Shown here: one piece after another, positions 1 through 13,044 of the stretch
Layout of the letters: every line of letters starts with the position of its first letter
How positions within the stretch are numbered: position 1 is the first letter of the stretch
Source: Chiloscyllium plagiosum
Lineage: Eukaryota
Length of the DNA stretch: 56,879 bases
Assembly (NCBI RefSeq): GCF_004010195.1
Contig: NC_057750.1
Span: 20,065,159 to 20,122,037, forward strand
Direction of reading: 5' to 3'
The notes under the pieces: generated by a model
Database searches by the model: none
The model's input: the letters and a program-made list of their open reading frames with translations, nothing else
What the model was told of the DNA's origin: nothing
Position numbers and translations under genes: made by a program

Positions 1-610
1 CATCCAAATGCCTTTTAAATGTTGCAATTGTATCAGCCTTCACCACTTCCTCTGGCAGCTCATTCCATACACGTACCACCCTCTGTGTGAAAACGTTGCC
101 CCTTTGGTCTCTTTTATATCTTTCCCCTCTCACCCTAAACCTATGCCTCTAGTTCTATTCTCCCCCACCCCAGGGAAAAGACCTTGTCTATTTATCCTAT
201 CCATGCCCCTCATGATTTTATAAACCTCTATCAGGTCACCCCTCAGCCTCTGACGCTCCAGGGAAAACAGCCCCAGCCTGTTCAGCCTCTCCCTGTAGCT
301 CAGATCCTCCAATCCTGGCAACATCCTTGTGAATCTTTTCTGAACCCTTTCAAGTTTCATAACATCTTTCCGATCGGAAGGAGACCAGAATTGCACGCAA
401 TATTCTAACAGTGGCCTAACCAATGTCCTGTACAGCCGCAACATGACCTCCCAACTCCTGTCCTCAATACTCTGATCGATAAAGGAAAGCATACCAAACG
501 CCGCCTTCACTATCGTATCTACCTGCAACTCCACTTTCAAGGAACTATGAACCTGCACTCCAAGGTCTCTTTGTTCAGCAACACTCTTGAGGACCTTACC
601 ATTAAGTACA
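1..610 (-). mobile_element. CR1/HER1-type LINE ORF2 3' fragment
   Basis: ORF 130..639(-) reads DLGVQVHSSLK...LYRTLVRPLLEYCVQFWSP...LERVQKRFTRMLPGL...RLRGDLIEVYKIM, the typical CR1 RT C-terminal region. Confidence 0.9.
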
Positions 611-989
611 TCTCCATGACCCTCCAAAGAGTCACCCACCCAGACCCATTCCCCCTTACCTTACATTTATTAATGCACCAACACTATGGGCAGTTTAGCA
701 TGCAATTAAGAATATTTGCTCAGTTGGAGTCCTATTGGATTTACTTGGGAAGCACTAGCTTGCCCCTTCATCAGCCAGTTGTGGAGAGTAAGTTCGTAAG
801 ACGCAGAATTTATCGCAAAAGTTGAACATTGTGATGTAACTGAAATCACATGTTGAAAAAGACCGGGACTGTTTGTTGAGTCTCTCATCTTTTAGAATGC
901 AGACATTGGTTTCACGCATGCCCACATATATAAGTTTGTGGGGTGCACTTGTGCTTGCAGAATTATATTTTACCTTGCCCCAAAACTGC

Positions 990-1170
990 ATAGAGTCATA
1001 GAGATGTACAGCACGGAAACAGATCCTTTGGTCCAACCCGTCCATGCCGACCAAATATCCCAACCCAGTCTAGTCCCACCTGCCAGCACCTGGCCCATAT
1101 CCCTCCAAACCTTTCCTATTCATAAACCCATCTAAATGCTTTTAAAATGTTGCAGTTGTACCAGCCTCCA
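990..1170 (-). mobile_element. CR1-type LINE 3' terminal fragment
   Basis: Same 3' tail (catagagatgtacagcacggaaacaga...cccatatccctccaaacc) as other CR1 copies in the window. Confidence 0.8.
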
Positions 1171-2190
1171 CATGAATCCATCTTAGATTCTGTAAATCCG
1201 ATGTTAAGACTGACCGTTGTGGCATGGACAGGCTCACAACGGGAAGCTCACTCCTTCAATACATTAATGATTGGTGTTGTGTTGGCCCAGATAATAACAA
1301 TAATAATTCTGCCAAATAACTTGTGTAATCTGCTTAGGGAACAACCTGAGAGGATCCACCTGCTCCTTTTCCAGCAGTATCTCTAGGACGCTGTGTGTTG
1401 ACTATTTCCAGATGGAATTATGGTCAAAGATGTTTTTCTTTGCTGATATGGAACATTCAAACTACTTTGAATATTCTGTGGCAATGAGACCTTCCTTTGC
1501 AACACCGGGTATATGTGGAACGTTAGTATGTAGTGCCACTTGATGTTTACGTCTATGCACAGCTTGATGCAGCCACACACTAAGATGACCACCAGGATTA
1601 AGGCTGTGTTGGGTACATTCTTCCCCCCTTTTATCCAGAGATTTGTACATGGTGTCCCTGCGGGCCCAGTCCATCTGAAACCTCCAGATGAAGTGAAAGA
1701 TGGATCGGGTGATTGCAATGGCACAGATTCTGCGAATGTGCCAGTTCTGTGCCACGTATAAAAACAGAAAGAGTGCCTCCCACCTGATGGCTCAGTTTTT
1801 ACCTGCAATGGAGAGGGTGCGGTGCTCCCAAACCCCAGTTTATGACTCACCTTAGCGATGCGATCCTCCCAAGATTTTGCGCACACCCCCAGTTCCTCCT
1901 AACCATTTTGCCAGCACATTTAGGTAATCTGTCCTGACAGCGAAGGGATTAAAGGATCAGTCGGCCCAGTTCCCAAAGAACGTGGCCTTGCTCTTGCCTT
2001 GATTCATGTTGGCTCCTGAGGCTAGTTAAAACTGGTCGCAGATACTCATGAGTCTGCGCACTGACTGTGGGTCAGAGTTGAAAATGACAGAGTCATCCAT
2101 GTGCAGGGAGGCTTTGACCTGCAGCCTTCTGCTGCACAGAATAGTCACCCCTCTCAGGCTTACACCCTTCCTAATAGACTCAGCAGGGTA
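1170..2190 (-). mobile_element. Degenerate Tx1/L1-like non-LTR retrotransposon ORF2 fragment
   Basis: Minus frames give ...LQVKASLHMDDSVIFNSDPQSVRRLMSICDQF (YMDD-like catalytic motif), CAKSWEDRIAKV, AITRSIFHFIWRFQMDWARRDTMYKSLDKRG and GGKNVPN, broken by stops and frameshifts. Confidence 0.75.
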
Positions 2191-2859
2191 AGGGTGGTGG
2201 GGTGGAGGAGGTGGGATGATGTGGGATGGAGGAGCTGTTGCGAGAGAGATGGAGGACAGCATGAGAGGCAAAGGGTGGGGTTTCGTGGAGGAGCTGTCTC
2301 CACAGGAATGGGATTCAATGAAGCCATTTGGGGCTAATCCTGAGGAGCAGACAGGACCAGGATCTTTTAGTTGGATACAGGCATGATGGGCCAAAACAAC
2401 TCCCTCTGTGATGTAAAACCAGTGTAATTCTTGCACATGGATCTTGCTGTGTGGTAAAGCAGTAAGTCACAGGCCAGTCAGTTCACTCAGACTCATTTAC
2501 ATCTGCACCAGGGATTGGGGCTCAGTGTAATATTGGGGGCAGCAAAATATTTTTGGGGGACCATTTAGTGATGCAAATATTTGGGAGTGCAAAATCTTTA
2601 CAGGGAAAGGACATAAATTTGGGACGTGAACAAAAATGGGGGGCAAAATATTTTTGAGGGCCCAAAATTGGGTGGGCACTTTTTCAGGTCTGAAGGAGAA
2701 AAAAGAAAGGAAAGGTGAGCAAGAAAGAGGGGGGAGCTCAGTGACAGAGAGTGGTTGGAGAAAGACAGACAGACTGAGAAGGGGAGAGAGAAGGACAGAG
2801 AGTGAGAGGGAAAGAGAACAGAGAGAAAAAAGGAAAGGTCTGGCAGAGACAAACACGAG

Positions 2860-2982
2860 CTGAAAACATGTTGTTGGAAAAGCGCAGCAGGTCAGACAGC
2901 ATCCAAGGAGCAGGAGAATCGACGTTTCAGGCATGAGCTTTCTTCAGGATCTCCAGCATCTGCAGTCCTCACTTTCTCCTCA
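2860..2982. mobile_element. Short Penelope-derived/non-autonomous element with degenerate hammerhead core
   Basis: ggaaaagcgcagcaggtcagacagcatccaaggagcaggagaatcgacgtttc...ttcttcagg; same family at ~18785, 23945, 49070, 50405, 51375 and 56225. Confidence 0.65.
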
Positions 2983-3245
2983 AAGAGACAAACATGAGTC
3001 AAGATGTGGGCAGACTGAAGGGGTGACACTCACTATCCCAGTTAGTCCTAGCTCTCTTGATGGTTTCTCATTCTCCCTGTCTCCCATGACGGACAGACAG
3101 TGATGCTGGAGTTTGCTGGAATGTATCAATCAGTGTATTTGTATGTTTATGTGTATCTCTGTGTCTCTGTCCAATGGGGTCTCTGTGTTTTGGGTGTGAA
3201 TCCTCTCTCACTCTCTCCCTCTCCATGTGTTTAAAGTGATACAAT

Positions 3246-3260
3246 GCCACCCCCTGCTGG
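3246..3260 (-). promoter_or_regulatory. CTCF-like motif
   Basis: Minus strand CCAGCAGGGGGTGGC resembles the CTCF core; motif match only. Confidence 0.3.
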
Positions 3261-4144
3261 ATTCCCCACGACACTGCACAAGCAGCAGATTTGTTTTTGG
3301 AGAAAACATCAAAGTCTGTGAATTTGTGCAAATTAGTTTTGTTCTTCTTTGGAGGCACAGAGGCATTTTACCCAATGCTTTGCAACGTTCTCCCTCAGAT
3401 ATGCGCAGAAGTAGATGAACATGCCCACTGTACCCCCTCCACCACTGAATCCTTTCTTATTAGAATTTGTGAGAGTGCATCAGAAAACATTGTTAGTTGC
3501 AGAAAGTGCAGTCGGAGGTGTCTGGATACAATTGCAGTGGAAATACTCTATTTAATGTGTATAATGTCAGGAATACCGCTCAGAGACAAATCATTTCCAC
3601 ATTGCAGAGGGAGCACAACATTTCTCTACATATGCAAGTTCCACACCAAGGAGCCCAGTCTAAGTGCAGCCCTCTCCACACTGCGCTTGTATGCGTATCT
3701 GTGTGTGAATGAGAAAGAGAGAGTGCGGGTGCATGTGCAGCTATGTATTAATGGTGCTGCAAGCTGCTACCCTCCCTCTCTCCCTCTCTGACTGAATTAT
3801 TGAGGGTTTTAACCCTGTACCACCCCATGTGTGGGGAGGCAGGCAGAGGGAGGCATTGCATCACTTTCAGTGCAAGGGAGCTTGGTTGCACGATTTTGAC
3901 TCTTCGACTCATGACAGGAAACATCCGATTAGACTGAATTGGAGTAGCAGCTCATTGAATTTAGGCATCTTGATGCTGAAAAATAGGGAGCCCAGCCATT
4001 TGTTATCATACATATGTTTTATATGTTTCATAATGCAAAAAATGCATGCAAAAAGATATTTTGCTGTGTTACTGAACTTTGCTCTGAATCCCAAAAATGT
4101 TCCTGTACAAATAAATGTTTGGTGAGTAGGGTCTGATAGTTAAA

Positions 4145-7100
4145 TTAGATGAGATTGGATTCCCTACAGTGTGGAAACAGGCCCTTAGGCCCAATCAGTC
4201 CACACCGCCAACACTTATACTCACTACCCGTGCAATGAAGGCAAGCATACTATATGCCTTCTTGACCACTCTATCCACCTATACAGCAACCTTCAGGGTA
4301 CAATGGACCTGCACTCCCAGATCTCATTGTCCATCAACTGTTCCCAAGGCTCTTGCAATCATTGTATTATTCGCTCTGGAATTAGACTTGCTTAAATGTA
4401 TCACCTCACATTTGTCTGGATTGAAAGCCATCTGCCAACTCTCCAGTCAATGTATATCCTCGTATTCTCTGACAATCCCTTATGCTTTCTGCCACTCTAC
4501 CAATCTTTGTGTCATCACTTACTGATCATACCAACAGTGCCCTATCATTTATGTATATTACAAACAACAGTGGCCCCAATACTGACCCCCGTGGAACACC
4601 ACTGGTCACCTTTCTCCATTTCTAGAAACTCCTTTCAATTACTACTCTCTGTCTCTTGTTGCTCAACCAGTTCTTTATCCACCTAGCTAGAACACCGTGC
4701 ACACCATGTGACTTCACTTTCTCTGTTCATCTACCTTATCAAATGCCTTCCTAAAGTCCATGTATATGACATCAACAGCCCTTCCTTCATCTAACAACTT
4801 GGTCAAAAGCAAATTACTGCAGATGCTGGAATCTGAAACCAAAAGAGAAAATGCTGGAAAATCTCAGCTGGTCTAGCAGCATCTGTAAGGTGAGAAAAGT
4901 GTGGACGTTTTGAGTCTAACTGACCCTTTGACAAAGGGTCAGTTAGACACGAAATGTCAGCTCTTTTCTCTCCTTACAGATGCTGCCAGACTTGCTGAGA
5001 TTTTCCAGCATTTTCTCTTTTGGTAACAATTTGGTCACTTCCTCAAAGAACTGTACCAAGTTCGTAAGGCACGATCTCCCCCGCACAAAACCATGTTGCC
5101 CATCACCGATAAGCTCATTCCTTTCCAAATATAAATAGATCCTATCTCTCAGTATCCGCTCCAGCAACTTCCCCACCACCGACGTCAGGCTCACTGGTCT
5201 GTAGTTAACCGGAATATCCCTATGACCCTTGTACAGGGGGACAACATGAGGAACCTTCCAGTCCTCCAGCACCTCACCTGTACTTAAGGATGCCACAAAG
5301 ATATCTGTCAGGGTCCCAGCTATTTCCCCTCTCGCCTCCCTCAGCAACCTGGGAGAGATCCCATCTGGTCCTGGGGATTTGTCCACCTTAATAACCTCTA
5401 GCATACCCAACAATCTTCCCTACTTATGCCAACATCATCCAGACTAATCAAACTTCTATCTCTAATCTCAAGATTCATCATGTTCCTCTCCTCAGTGAAC
5501 ACTGATGCAAAGTAATCATTCAGAATCTCACCCATTCTCTCAGGTTCAGCACACAGCCTTCCTTCATTATCTTTTAGTGGACCAATCCTTTCTCTAGTTA
5601 TCCGCTTGCTTCTTATATAAGAATAAAATTCTTTGGGATTTTCCTTAATTCCGCTTGCTAAAGCTATTTCATGACCCCTTTTAGCCCGCTTGATTCCTTG
5701 TTTAAGACTTGTCCTACTCTTCCGATATTCCTCCAGGGCCCGTTCTGTTCTCAGCTGCTTAGACCTTATGTACACTTCCCTTTTCCTCTTGGCTAGTCGT
5801 ACAATTTCTCCTGTCGTCCACAGTTCACGAATCTTGCCCTTCCTATCCTTTGCCTTCAACGGGACATGCCTATCCTACACTGCCGTTAACCTATCTTTGA
5901 AACCTCCCACATCTCAAATGTGGCCTTCCTTTCAAATAGCTGTGTCCAATCAATATTTCCCAGCTCCTGCCTAATTCTGATATAATTGGCCATGGCCCAG
6001 TTTAGTACTCTTCCCTGAGGACCACTATCTTCTTTATCTATGAGTATTATAAAACTTACAGAATTGTGGTCACTGTTCCCAAAGAAATCTCCTCCCGCAA
6101 CTTCTACCACTTGTCCTGGCTCGTTTCCCAGTACCAGGTCCAATAAGGCCCCTTCCCTCGTCAGACTATCGACATACTACTCTAGAAAACTCTCCTGGAC
6201 GCTTCGTATAAATTGTACCCCATCCAGATCTCTGACGCAAAGTGTATCCCAGTCAATGTTGGGAAAATTAAAATCTCCCATCGCCACTACCCTATTGCGT
6301 AATCATAATCTATTCATAATCTGTTTACCTATTTGTTCTTCTACTTCACGCTCACTGTTGAGAGGCCTGTAATACCAGCAATGTAACCGCACCCTTCTTA
6401 TTTCTCAGCTCCACCCATAATGCCTCACTACCCAAGACCGCCACAGTGTCCTCCTTTAGCACAGCCATGATATCATCCCTGATCAGCAATGGAACTCCAC
6501 CCCCTCTTTTACTTCCCTCCCTGTCCTGTCTGAAACGTCTATATCCTGGAGCATTCAGTTGCCAATCATCATGCCTTTCCTTCAACCAAGTCTCTTTGAT
6601 GGCAATAATGTCATACTCTCAGGCACCAATCCAAGCCCTAGGTTCATCTGTCTTACACACTATACTCCTTGCATTAAAGTAGATGCATTTCAGGCCACCA
6701 GTTTTTTTTTTGCGCTCACCTGCTCTTTGCCTATTCTTCCCTTTATTAGTGCTATCTTCATAATTCTTAGTCTGCGGTCTCCACCTCGCTGCCTACTTGT
6801 TTTCTCTTCTGGTTCCCAGTGCCCTGCCACGTTAGTTTAAAACTTCCCCAAAAACTCCCCCAGGGACATTGGTTCCAGTCTGGTTCAGATGTAGACCGTC
6901 CCTTTTGTAATAGTCCCACCTTCCCCACAATTGGTCCCAATGTCCAACAAATCTGAACCCCTCCCTCCTACACCATCTCTCAAGCCACGTATTCATCCTG
7001 CCTTTTTTTTTCTCATTTCTACAGTGGCTAGCACGTGGCACTGGTAATAATCCCGCGATCACTACCTTTTGAGGTCCTCCTCTTTAACTTCTCTCCTAGC

Positions 7101-7850
7101 TCCCTGAATTCTTCTTTCAGGACCTCATCTCGCTTTCTACTTATATCATTGGTGTCTATATGCACCAAGACAACTGGCTGTTCATTCTCCCCTTTTAGCA
7201 TGCTCTGCAGCCGATCGGTGACATCCCTGACCCGAGCACCTGGGAGGCAACATACCAATCGTTTTCGGCCACAGAACCACCTATCTACTTCCCTCACAAT
7301 AAAATCCCCTATGACTATGGCCATACTAGTCTTTTTCCCGCCCTTCTGAACAGCAGTGTCTGCCACGGTGCCATGATCTTGACAACTGCTGCCCTCCCCT
7401 GGTGAGCCATCTCCCTCAACAGTATCCAAAACGGTATACCTGTTTTGGAGGGAGATGACCGCAGGGGACACCTGCATGGCCTTCCTACTCTTTTTCTGTC
7501 TTTTGGTCACCCGTTCTCTGTCTCCCTCAGCAATCCTAACCTGCGGTATGAACAGTTCATTAAACGTGCTATCCACGACCTCCTCAGCATGGCGGATGCT
7601 CCACAGTGAGTCCATCCTCTGCTCCAGAGCTGTCATGCAGTCAAACAACAGCTGCAGCTGGAGACACTTCTTGCAAGTGTAAGAGTCAGGAACGTCACAT
7701 ACATTCCTAAGCTCCCACATCAAGCAAGAGTCACATGCCATGGGTCTGAGGTCCCCTCCCATTGTAAGCTTAGCTTTATATGAACTAACTAAAACCAAAC
7801 AATGCACTTAAATAAATTAAAAAGAAAGATAAGAAATAAAAGCCTTACCT
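4145..7850 (-). mobile_element. Near full-length degenerate CR1-type LINE (ORF1 + ORF2)
   Basis: ORF 7028..7807 has a CxxC..CxxC finger plus SGNH-esterase-like motifs (IVIGD, CLPGARV, VHIDTND). Downstream frames give the AP endonuclease (REGSKRGGGV, DLVLGNEP, SDHN) and RT (KSPGPDGI, NYRPVSLTSVVGKLLE, QHGFVRGRSCLTNL). Many stops and frameshifts. Confidence 0.9.
4805..5025. mobile_element. Inverted-repeat Penelope-derived short element nested in the CR1
   Basis: accaaaagagaaaatgctggaaaatctcagc ... gctgagattttccagcattttctcttttggt inverted arms; CR1 sequence aacaa(c/t)ttggtca appears on both sides. Confidence 0.65.
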
Positions 7851-8949
7851 TACAGGGTATTTTTCTTCCAGTTAGAGGAGGGGAGCAGGAGGGAGATACT
7901 ACATGTGTAGTATCTCAGGTTTAGCCACTGCCCAAGTATAAATTAAGCCCTTACCTTCCTGGCAGCTCCACTACTCCTTCTCTCCTGGCCCCTGCATGAC
8001 CAGGAAAGACTACGGATAATAGTAGGGGAACCTCCATCGTATAATATCAAGGATAATAACCATCAGATCAGCTAGGTAATATGTACTGCAAGGGGAAACA
8101 CCGCACGTTCCCTGGGAAAGGATAACAATTGCCAGCAAATTAACTGTGGAAGACAAATGGGAAAAGGAGCTGTGAATTATTGATCAGAAATCGTCACTTC
8201 CTGTTCCACAGAGCAACAGTAAGATTTTACCCCCAAACACCAGCGCATAGAATGAGTAGAAGTGGTTGGGGTTGAGCGAGTTTGAATTTTAAGACTTTTG
8301 CACCTACCTCAGATTGTCCTCCAACCCAACCACTCCAGAGACTATGAAATTTGGAAAGAGACTGAGCTCACGGCCCATCCTAGGAAAGTAGAAGGAAGTC
8401 TGTGATTTTGTTTGGTTGCAATTTAACTATTTGAATGAGTGTAATACATTGTTACATTTCTCACCTCCAGCTCTGGCAGAGCCTCATGAGAAACCTCGCT
8501 CCTACCTCACTCATAGAACTGGTGACTGGACTGTTGATAAACCAAACATTCTCCATCTCCTTGGATCAGGTCAAATTGTAATTGGAGCCACAACAGGACC
8601 AGGAAACAGGTCATCAGAACCTATGAAAAGTTTTGAACAAGACTTTTACAAATGCAGTATAACAGACTGTGCGTGGCTCCCTTGGTGACAATATGTGAGT
8701 ATCAGGACTGCTGTGATATTTACACTGTAAATCTACACATCTCGACATGCAGGGATCAGGAGGGCAATCTGTCAAGATTTGAATCTTATGGCCAGAGACG
8801 GTGAAGAGGACAGGATTTCCAGAAGGGATGGTAGTTAAATGGAGCTTTATAAACCAAAACAGGGTGCATATGCCTAAATTCCTTTTGCTTTTAAAAAAGG
8901 ACTATCTCCTTTAAACTACTCAACTGATCCAGTATCCACTGCATCAAGG

Positions 8950-10390
8950 TGGATATATCCCCGGAACCTGATTAGGCGTAGCCTAAAGTGTATGAGAAGC
9001 TAGGGAAGTGATAGCTGTGCCCCTTGCTGAGCTATTTGTGTCATCGATAGTCACAGGTGAGGTGCCAGAAGACAGGAGATTGGCTAACGTGGTGTCAATA
9101 TTTTAAGAAAGGTGGTCAGGAAAGCCCAGGGAACAATAGACCGGTGAACCTGACATCGGTGGTGGGCGAGTTTAGATTAGATTACATTACAGTTGTGGGA
9201 GGGAATACTGAGGGACAAGATATACATGTATTTGGAAAGCAAGAATTGATTAGAGACAGTCAACATGGCTTTGTGCATGAGAAGGCATATCTCATGAACT
9301 TGATTAAGTTTTTTGAAGTAGTAACAAAGAGGATTGATGAGGGCAGAGTGGTGGACATGATCTGTAAGGACTTCAGTGAAGCATTCAGCAAGGTTTATCA
9401 TGGTAGATGGTTTGGCATGGTTAACTGGCATGGAATAGAGGAAAGACTAGCCATTTGGATACAGAACTGGGTTGAAAGTAGAAGATACAGGGTGGTGGTA
9501 GAGGATTGCTTTTCAGATTGGAGGCCTGTGACCAGTGGTGTGTCAGAAGGATTGCTGCTGGGTCCTCTACTTTACATCATTTATGTAAATGATTTGGGTG
9601 TGAACATAGGAGGTATAGTTGGAAAGTTTGCAGATGACACCAAAATGGGAGGTATAGTGGACAGCGAAGAAGATGACCTCAGAGTAAAATGAGATCTTGA
9701 TCAGATGGGCCAATGGGCCGAGGATGGCAGAAGGAGTTTAATTTAGATAAAGGTGAAGTGGTGCATTTTGGAAAGGCAAATCAGGGCAGGACATAGACAC
9801 TTAATGGTAAGGTCCTGGGAGTGTTGCTGAACGAAGAGACCTCGGAGTCCAGCTTCGTAGTTACTTGAAATTGGAGCTGCAGATAAATAGCATAGTGAAG
9901 AAGATCTTTGGTATGCTTTCCTTTATTGATTAATGGATAAGAGTTAGGAGGTCTTGTTGCAGCTGTACAGGGGAAGCTGAATAGTCTGGAGCTGTTTTCC
10001 CTGGAGCATTGGAGGCTGAGGGGTGACCTCATAGAGGTTTATAAAATGATGAGGGGCATGGTTAGCATAAATAGAGAAGGTTTTTTCCCCGGGGTGGGGT
10101 TTTCCAAAACTAGAGGGCATAGATTTAAGGTGAGAGGGGAAAGATTTAAAAGGAACCTAAGGGGCAACATTTTTACGCAGAGGGCAATGCTTATATGGAA
10201 TGCCAGAGGCAGTCATGGAGGCTGGTACAATTACCACAAGTAAAAGGCATCTTGATGGATATTTGAATAGGAAGGGTTGAGAGGGATATGGGCCAAATGC
10301 TCACAAATGGCACGAAATTTATTTAGGATATCTGGTCGGCATGGATGAGTTGGACCGAAGGGTCTGCTTCCTTGATGTACATCTCCATGG
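8950..10390 (+). mobile_element. CR1-type LINE ORF2 3' half
   Basis: ORF 9057..9692: NNRPVNLTSVVG, SQHGFV, DFSEAFSKV, WRPVTSGV, KFADDTK; ends in the CR1 3' tail. Confidence 0.9.
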
Positions 10391-10459
10391 ACCTGTCGTT
10401 GATTAGTCAAATAAAAGAAAACTTATAGAGGTCTTACAGTGTTGAAAGACTGAGAGAAT

Positions 10460-12030
10460 AACAAGGGAAAGTGTCAGACTCATTCGGGAGAACTGTGGTA
10501 ATTTGCTAGTGGATGTGAAAAGACGTGGACACTATCCTCAATGAATAATTTGCGTTTGTCTTCACAATGGATAACGATGACAAAGGGATGGACATCCGAT
10601 CGGAAAGACTGAAGGATCAGATAAAATTACCTCAGAGAGAGAGTGGAAGTACTAGTTGGTTTAGCAGCCCTAACACTGGACTAATCTGAAGGCATGGATG
10701 AGTTGCAGCCAATGCTTTTAAAATGGTTAAGAAAGGATAGATCAAAGGCTCTGGCAATAATTTTCAAATCCTCTCTGCCCACAGGTGAAGTGCAAAATAC
10801 CTAGAGAATTGCTCACATTATCCAAGTGTAGCCAGGGTATGGAATGCTTTGCCTGCAATGGTAGTAGATTCGCCAAGTTTAAGTGCATTTAAGTCGTCAT
10901 TGGACAGGCATATGGACGTACATGGAATAGTGTAGGTGGGATGGGCTTCAGATTAGTATGACAGGGCGGCGCAACATCGGGGGCCGAAGGGCCTGTCCTG
11001 CGCTGTAATGTTCTATAATGGAGAAAGTGGTAGACCAGGAAATTAGAGCTATGTCAGTGTCACCTCAGTGGTGGGCAAATGATTATCAATAATTCCTAAC
11101 AATACAGATGTTAATCAAAGATAGTCAGCAAGAATTTATTAAGGGAAGGTTGTGTTTGACAAACTTCTTTTTTATTGAGGAGGAAACCGAGATTGTTGAT
11201 GAGAGAAATGCATTTGGTTTAAAATCTGCATGGGTTTTAACAAGTGTTTGATAAATTCCTTCATTGAAGACTGGTAAGTAAAGGTCCATAGGATGCAAGG
11301 CAATGTGGCACATTGGATACAAAATTCATTGAGAGGCAGAAATCAGAGAAAGATAATAGAGGGATGTTTCTGTGTCTTTGAGTCAAATAGCATGGAATCA
11401 GACCGGTTGGTCAAACTCATCCATGCCAACCAGATATGCTGAACTGATCTAGTCCTGTTTGCCAGCATTTGGCCTGTATCCCTTTAAATTCATTTACCCA
11501 TTCAGATGCCTTTTAAAGTGTTGTAATTGTAGCTGCCTCCACCACTTCCTCTGACAGCTTGTTACTTGAGGTCCATTTCCAGTGGGGTTGTTTGGGGCTT
11601 GATGCTATTTATGGTGTATTTTTGGGATTTGGAGATAAATGCAGGTTATATGACCAAGAAGTTTGCATATGACATGGGGTGGTTAATAGTGAGAACAAGG
11701 GTGTATACTGGAGGAGGATATCAAGAGATTGGTGAGCTCTGCAGAGTAATGGCAAATGGAATTCAACTTCAAAATAGTGAGTGTTATACAGTGAGATGTT
11801 GGGAAAGCTAACAGGCATGAACAGTAGGACCATGGAGAACTGTGAAGATCAGTGCGGATTTGGGTTAGACATCCACAGATCCCTGAGGTTACAGGGCAGG
11901 TAGATAGAGAAAGTTGGTCAGAAGGCAGATGGGATATTTGCATTTATAGCTAAGGTATAGAATAAAAGAGCAAGGGGAATATGCTGGAGAACAGGCCACA
12001 ACTGGTACAGTCTAATGCCACACTGTAGGA
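10460..12030 (+). mobile_element. Old degenerate CR1-like LINE with younger CR1 3' fragments nested (~10830-11015 +, ~11380-11560 -)
   Basis: Remnants such as cagcaagaatttattaagggaaggttgtgtttgacaaac (QHGF..G.SCLTN-like) and aagaagtttgcatatgac (KFADD-like). Confidence 0.6.
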
Positions 12031-12034
12031 AGAA

Positions 12035-12390
12035 CACCTCGGCTTCCTCAGAAGGCTAAGAAAATTTGGCATGTCCGCATTTGTATGGATGCACTATGGA
12101 AAGTTTCATATCCAGATGCATTACAGCGTGGAATAGCAACTGCTCTGCCAAAGATTGCATGAAATGACAGTGTCGTGAACGCAGACCAGTCCATCACACA
12201 AACAATTTTCCATCTGTCTATATTTCCCACTGCACCAATCTCTTCCACCCTCTTCCATTAAGCAGCATATACAACAAATTCAGGAACAGCTTTTTCCCCG
12301 CTGTTGCCAGACTTCTAAATGGACCTCTCATATTTTAGAGTTGATCTTCCTCTGTACCTTTTCTGAAGCTGTAGTACTACATTATCCTGA
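12035..12390 (+). mobile_element. Rex1/Babar-like LINE fragment
   Basis: FLRRLRKFGMS and GCTMESFISRCITAWNSNCSAKD resemble the Rex1 C-terminal motif. Confidence 0.6.
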
Positions 12391-12439
12391 TGTATTCAAT
12401 ACAGCTGCCGCACCATCATGGATTAGGATTCGATTTCAG

Positions 12440-12880
12440 CATCAGGAGACTGTGCAAACTCCACGCAGGCAGTCTCCCTGTGTCTGGGTGGGTTTCCTCC
12501 GGGGCTTGATGTTATTTATGGTGTATTTTTGGGATTTGGAGATAAATGCAGGTTATATGACCAAGAAGTTTGCATATGACATGGGGTGGTTAATAGTGAG
12601 AACAAGGGTGTATACTGGAGGAGGATATCAAGAGATTGGTGAGCTCTGCAGAGTAATGTGTGGTTTCCCCCCACAATCCAAAGATGTGCAGGTTAGGTGA
12701 ATTGAGCATGAAAAATTGCCAATAGTGTTCAGGTATGTGTAGGTTCGGTGCATGAGCTAGGGATAAATGTAGAGTAATTAGATAGGGAAATGTGTTTGGC
12801 TGGGGTGGTTAACAATGGAGGGTCAGTGTGGACTTGTTGGGCCAAAGGGCCTGTTTCCACACTGTAGGGATTCTATGAAG
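12440..12880 (+). mobile_element. HE1-type SINE, interrupted by a 158-bp copy of nearby LINE sequence
   Basis: gtgggtttcctcc ... ggtttcccccacaatccaaagatgtgcaggttagg ... ggccaaagggcctgtttccacactgtagggattcta. Confidence 0.7.
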
Positions 12881-13044
12881 TACAGTATGATTTGTACTGG
12901 ACAGCATGCAAAACAGTACTTTTTACAGTTTCCCAGAGCATGTGACAATAATAAATCAAATCGAATCTCCTTACCATAAATCGGAGGAGTCTGATCTGGT
13001 CCATAACACCTTAAACCTCCATTCTCTCATGACTGACATTTCCA

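Noticed and set aside
1383..1886. Env-like or membrane-protein ORF
   Set aside because: Explained as frameshifted Tx1/L1-like ORF2 sequence
2497..2690. Terminal exon after the pyrimidine-rich acceptor at ~2690 (minus strand)
   Set aside because: Homopolymer-rich, no recognisable motif and no partner exons
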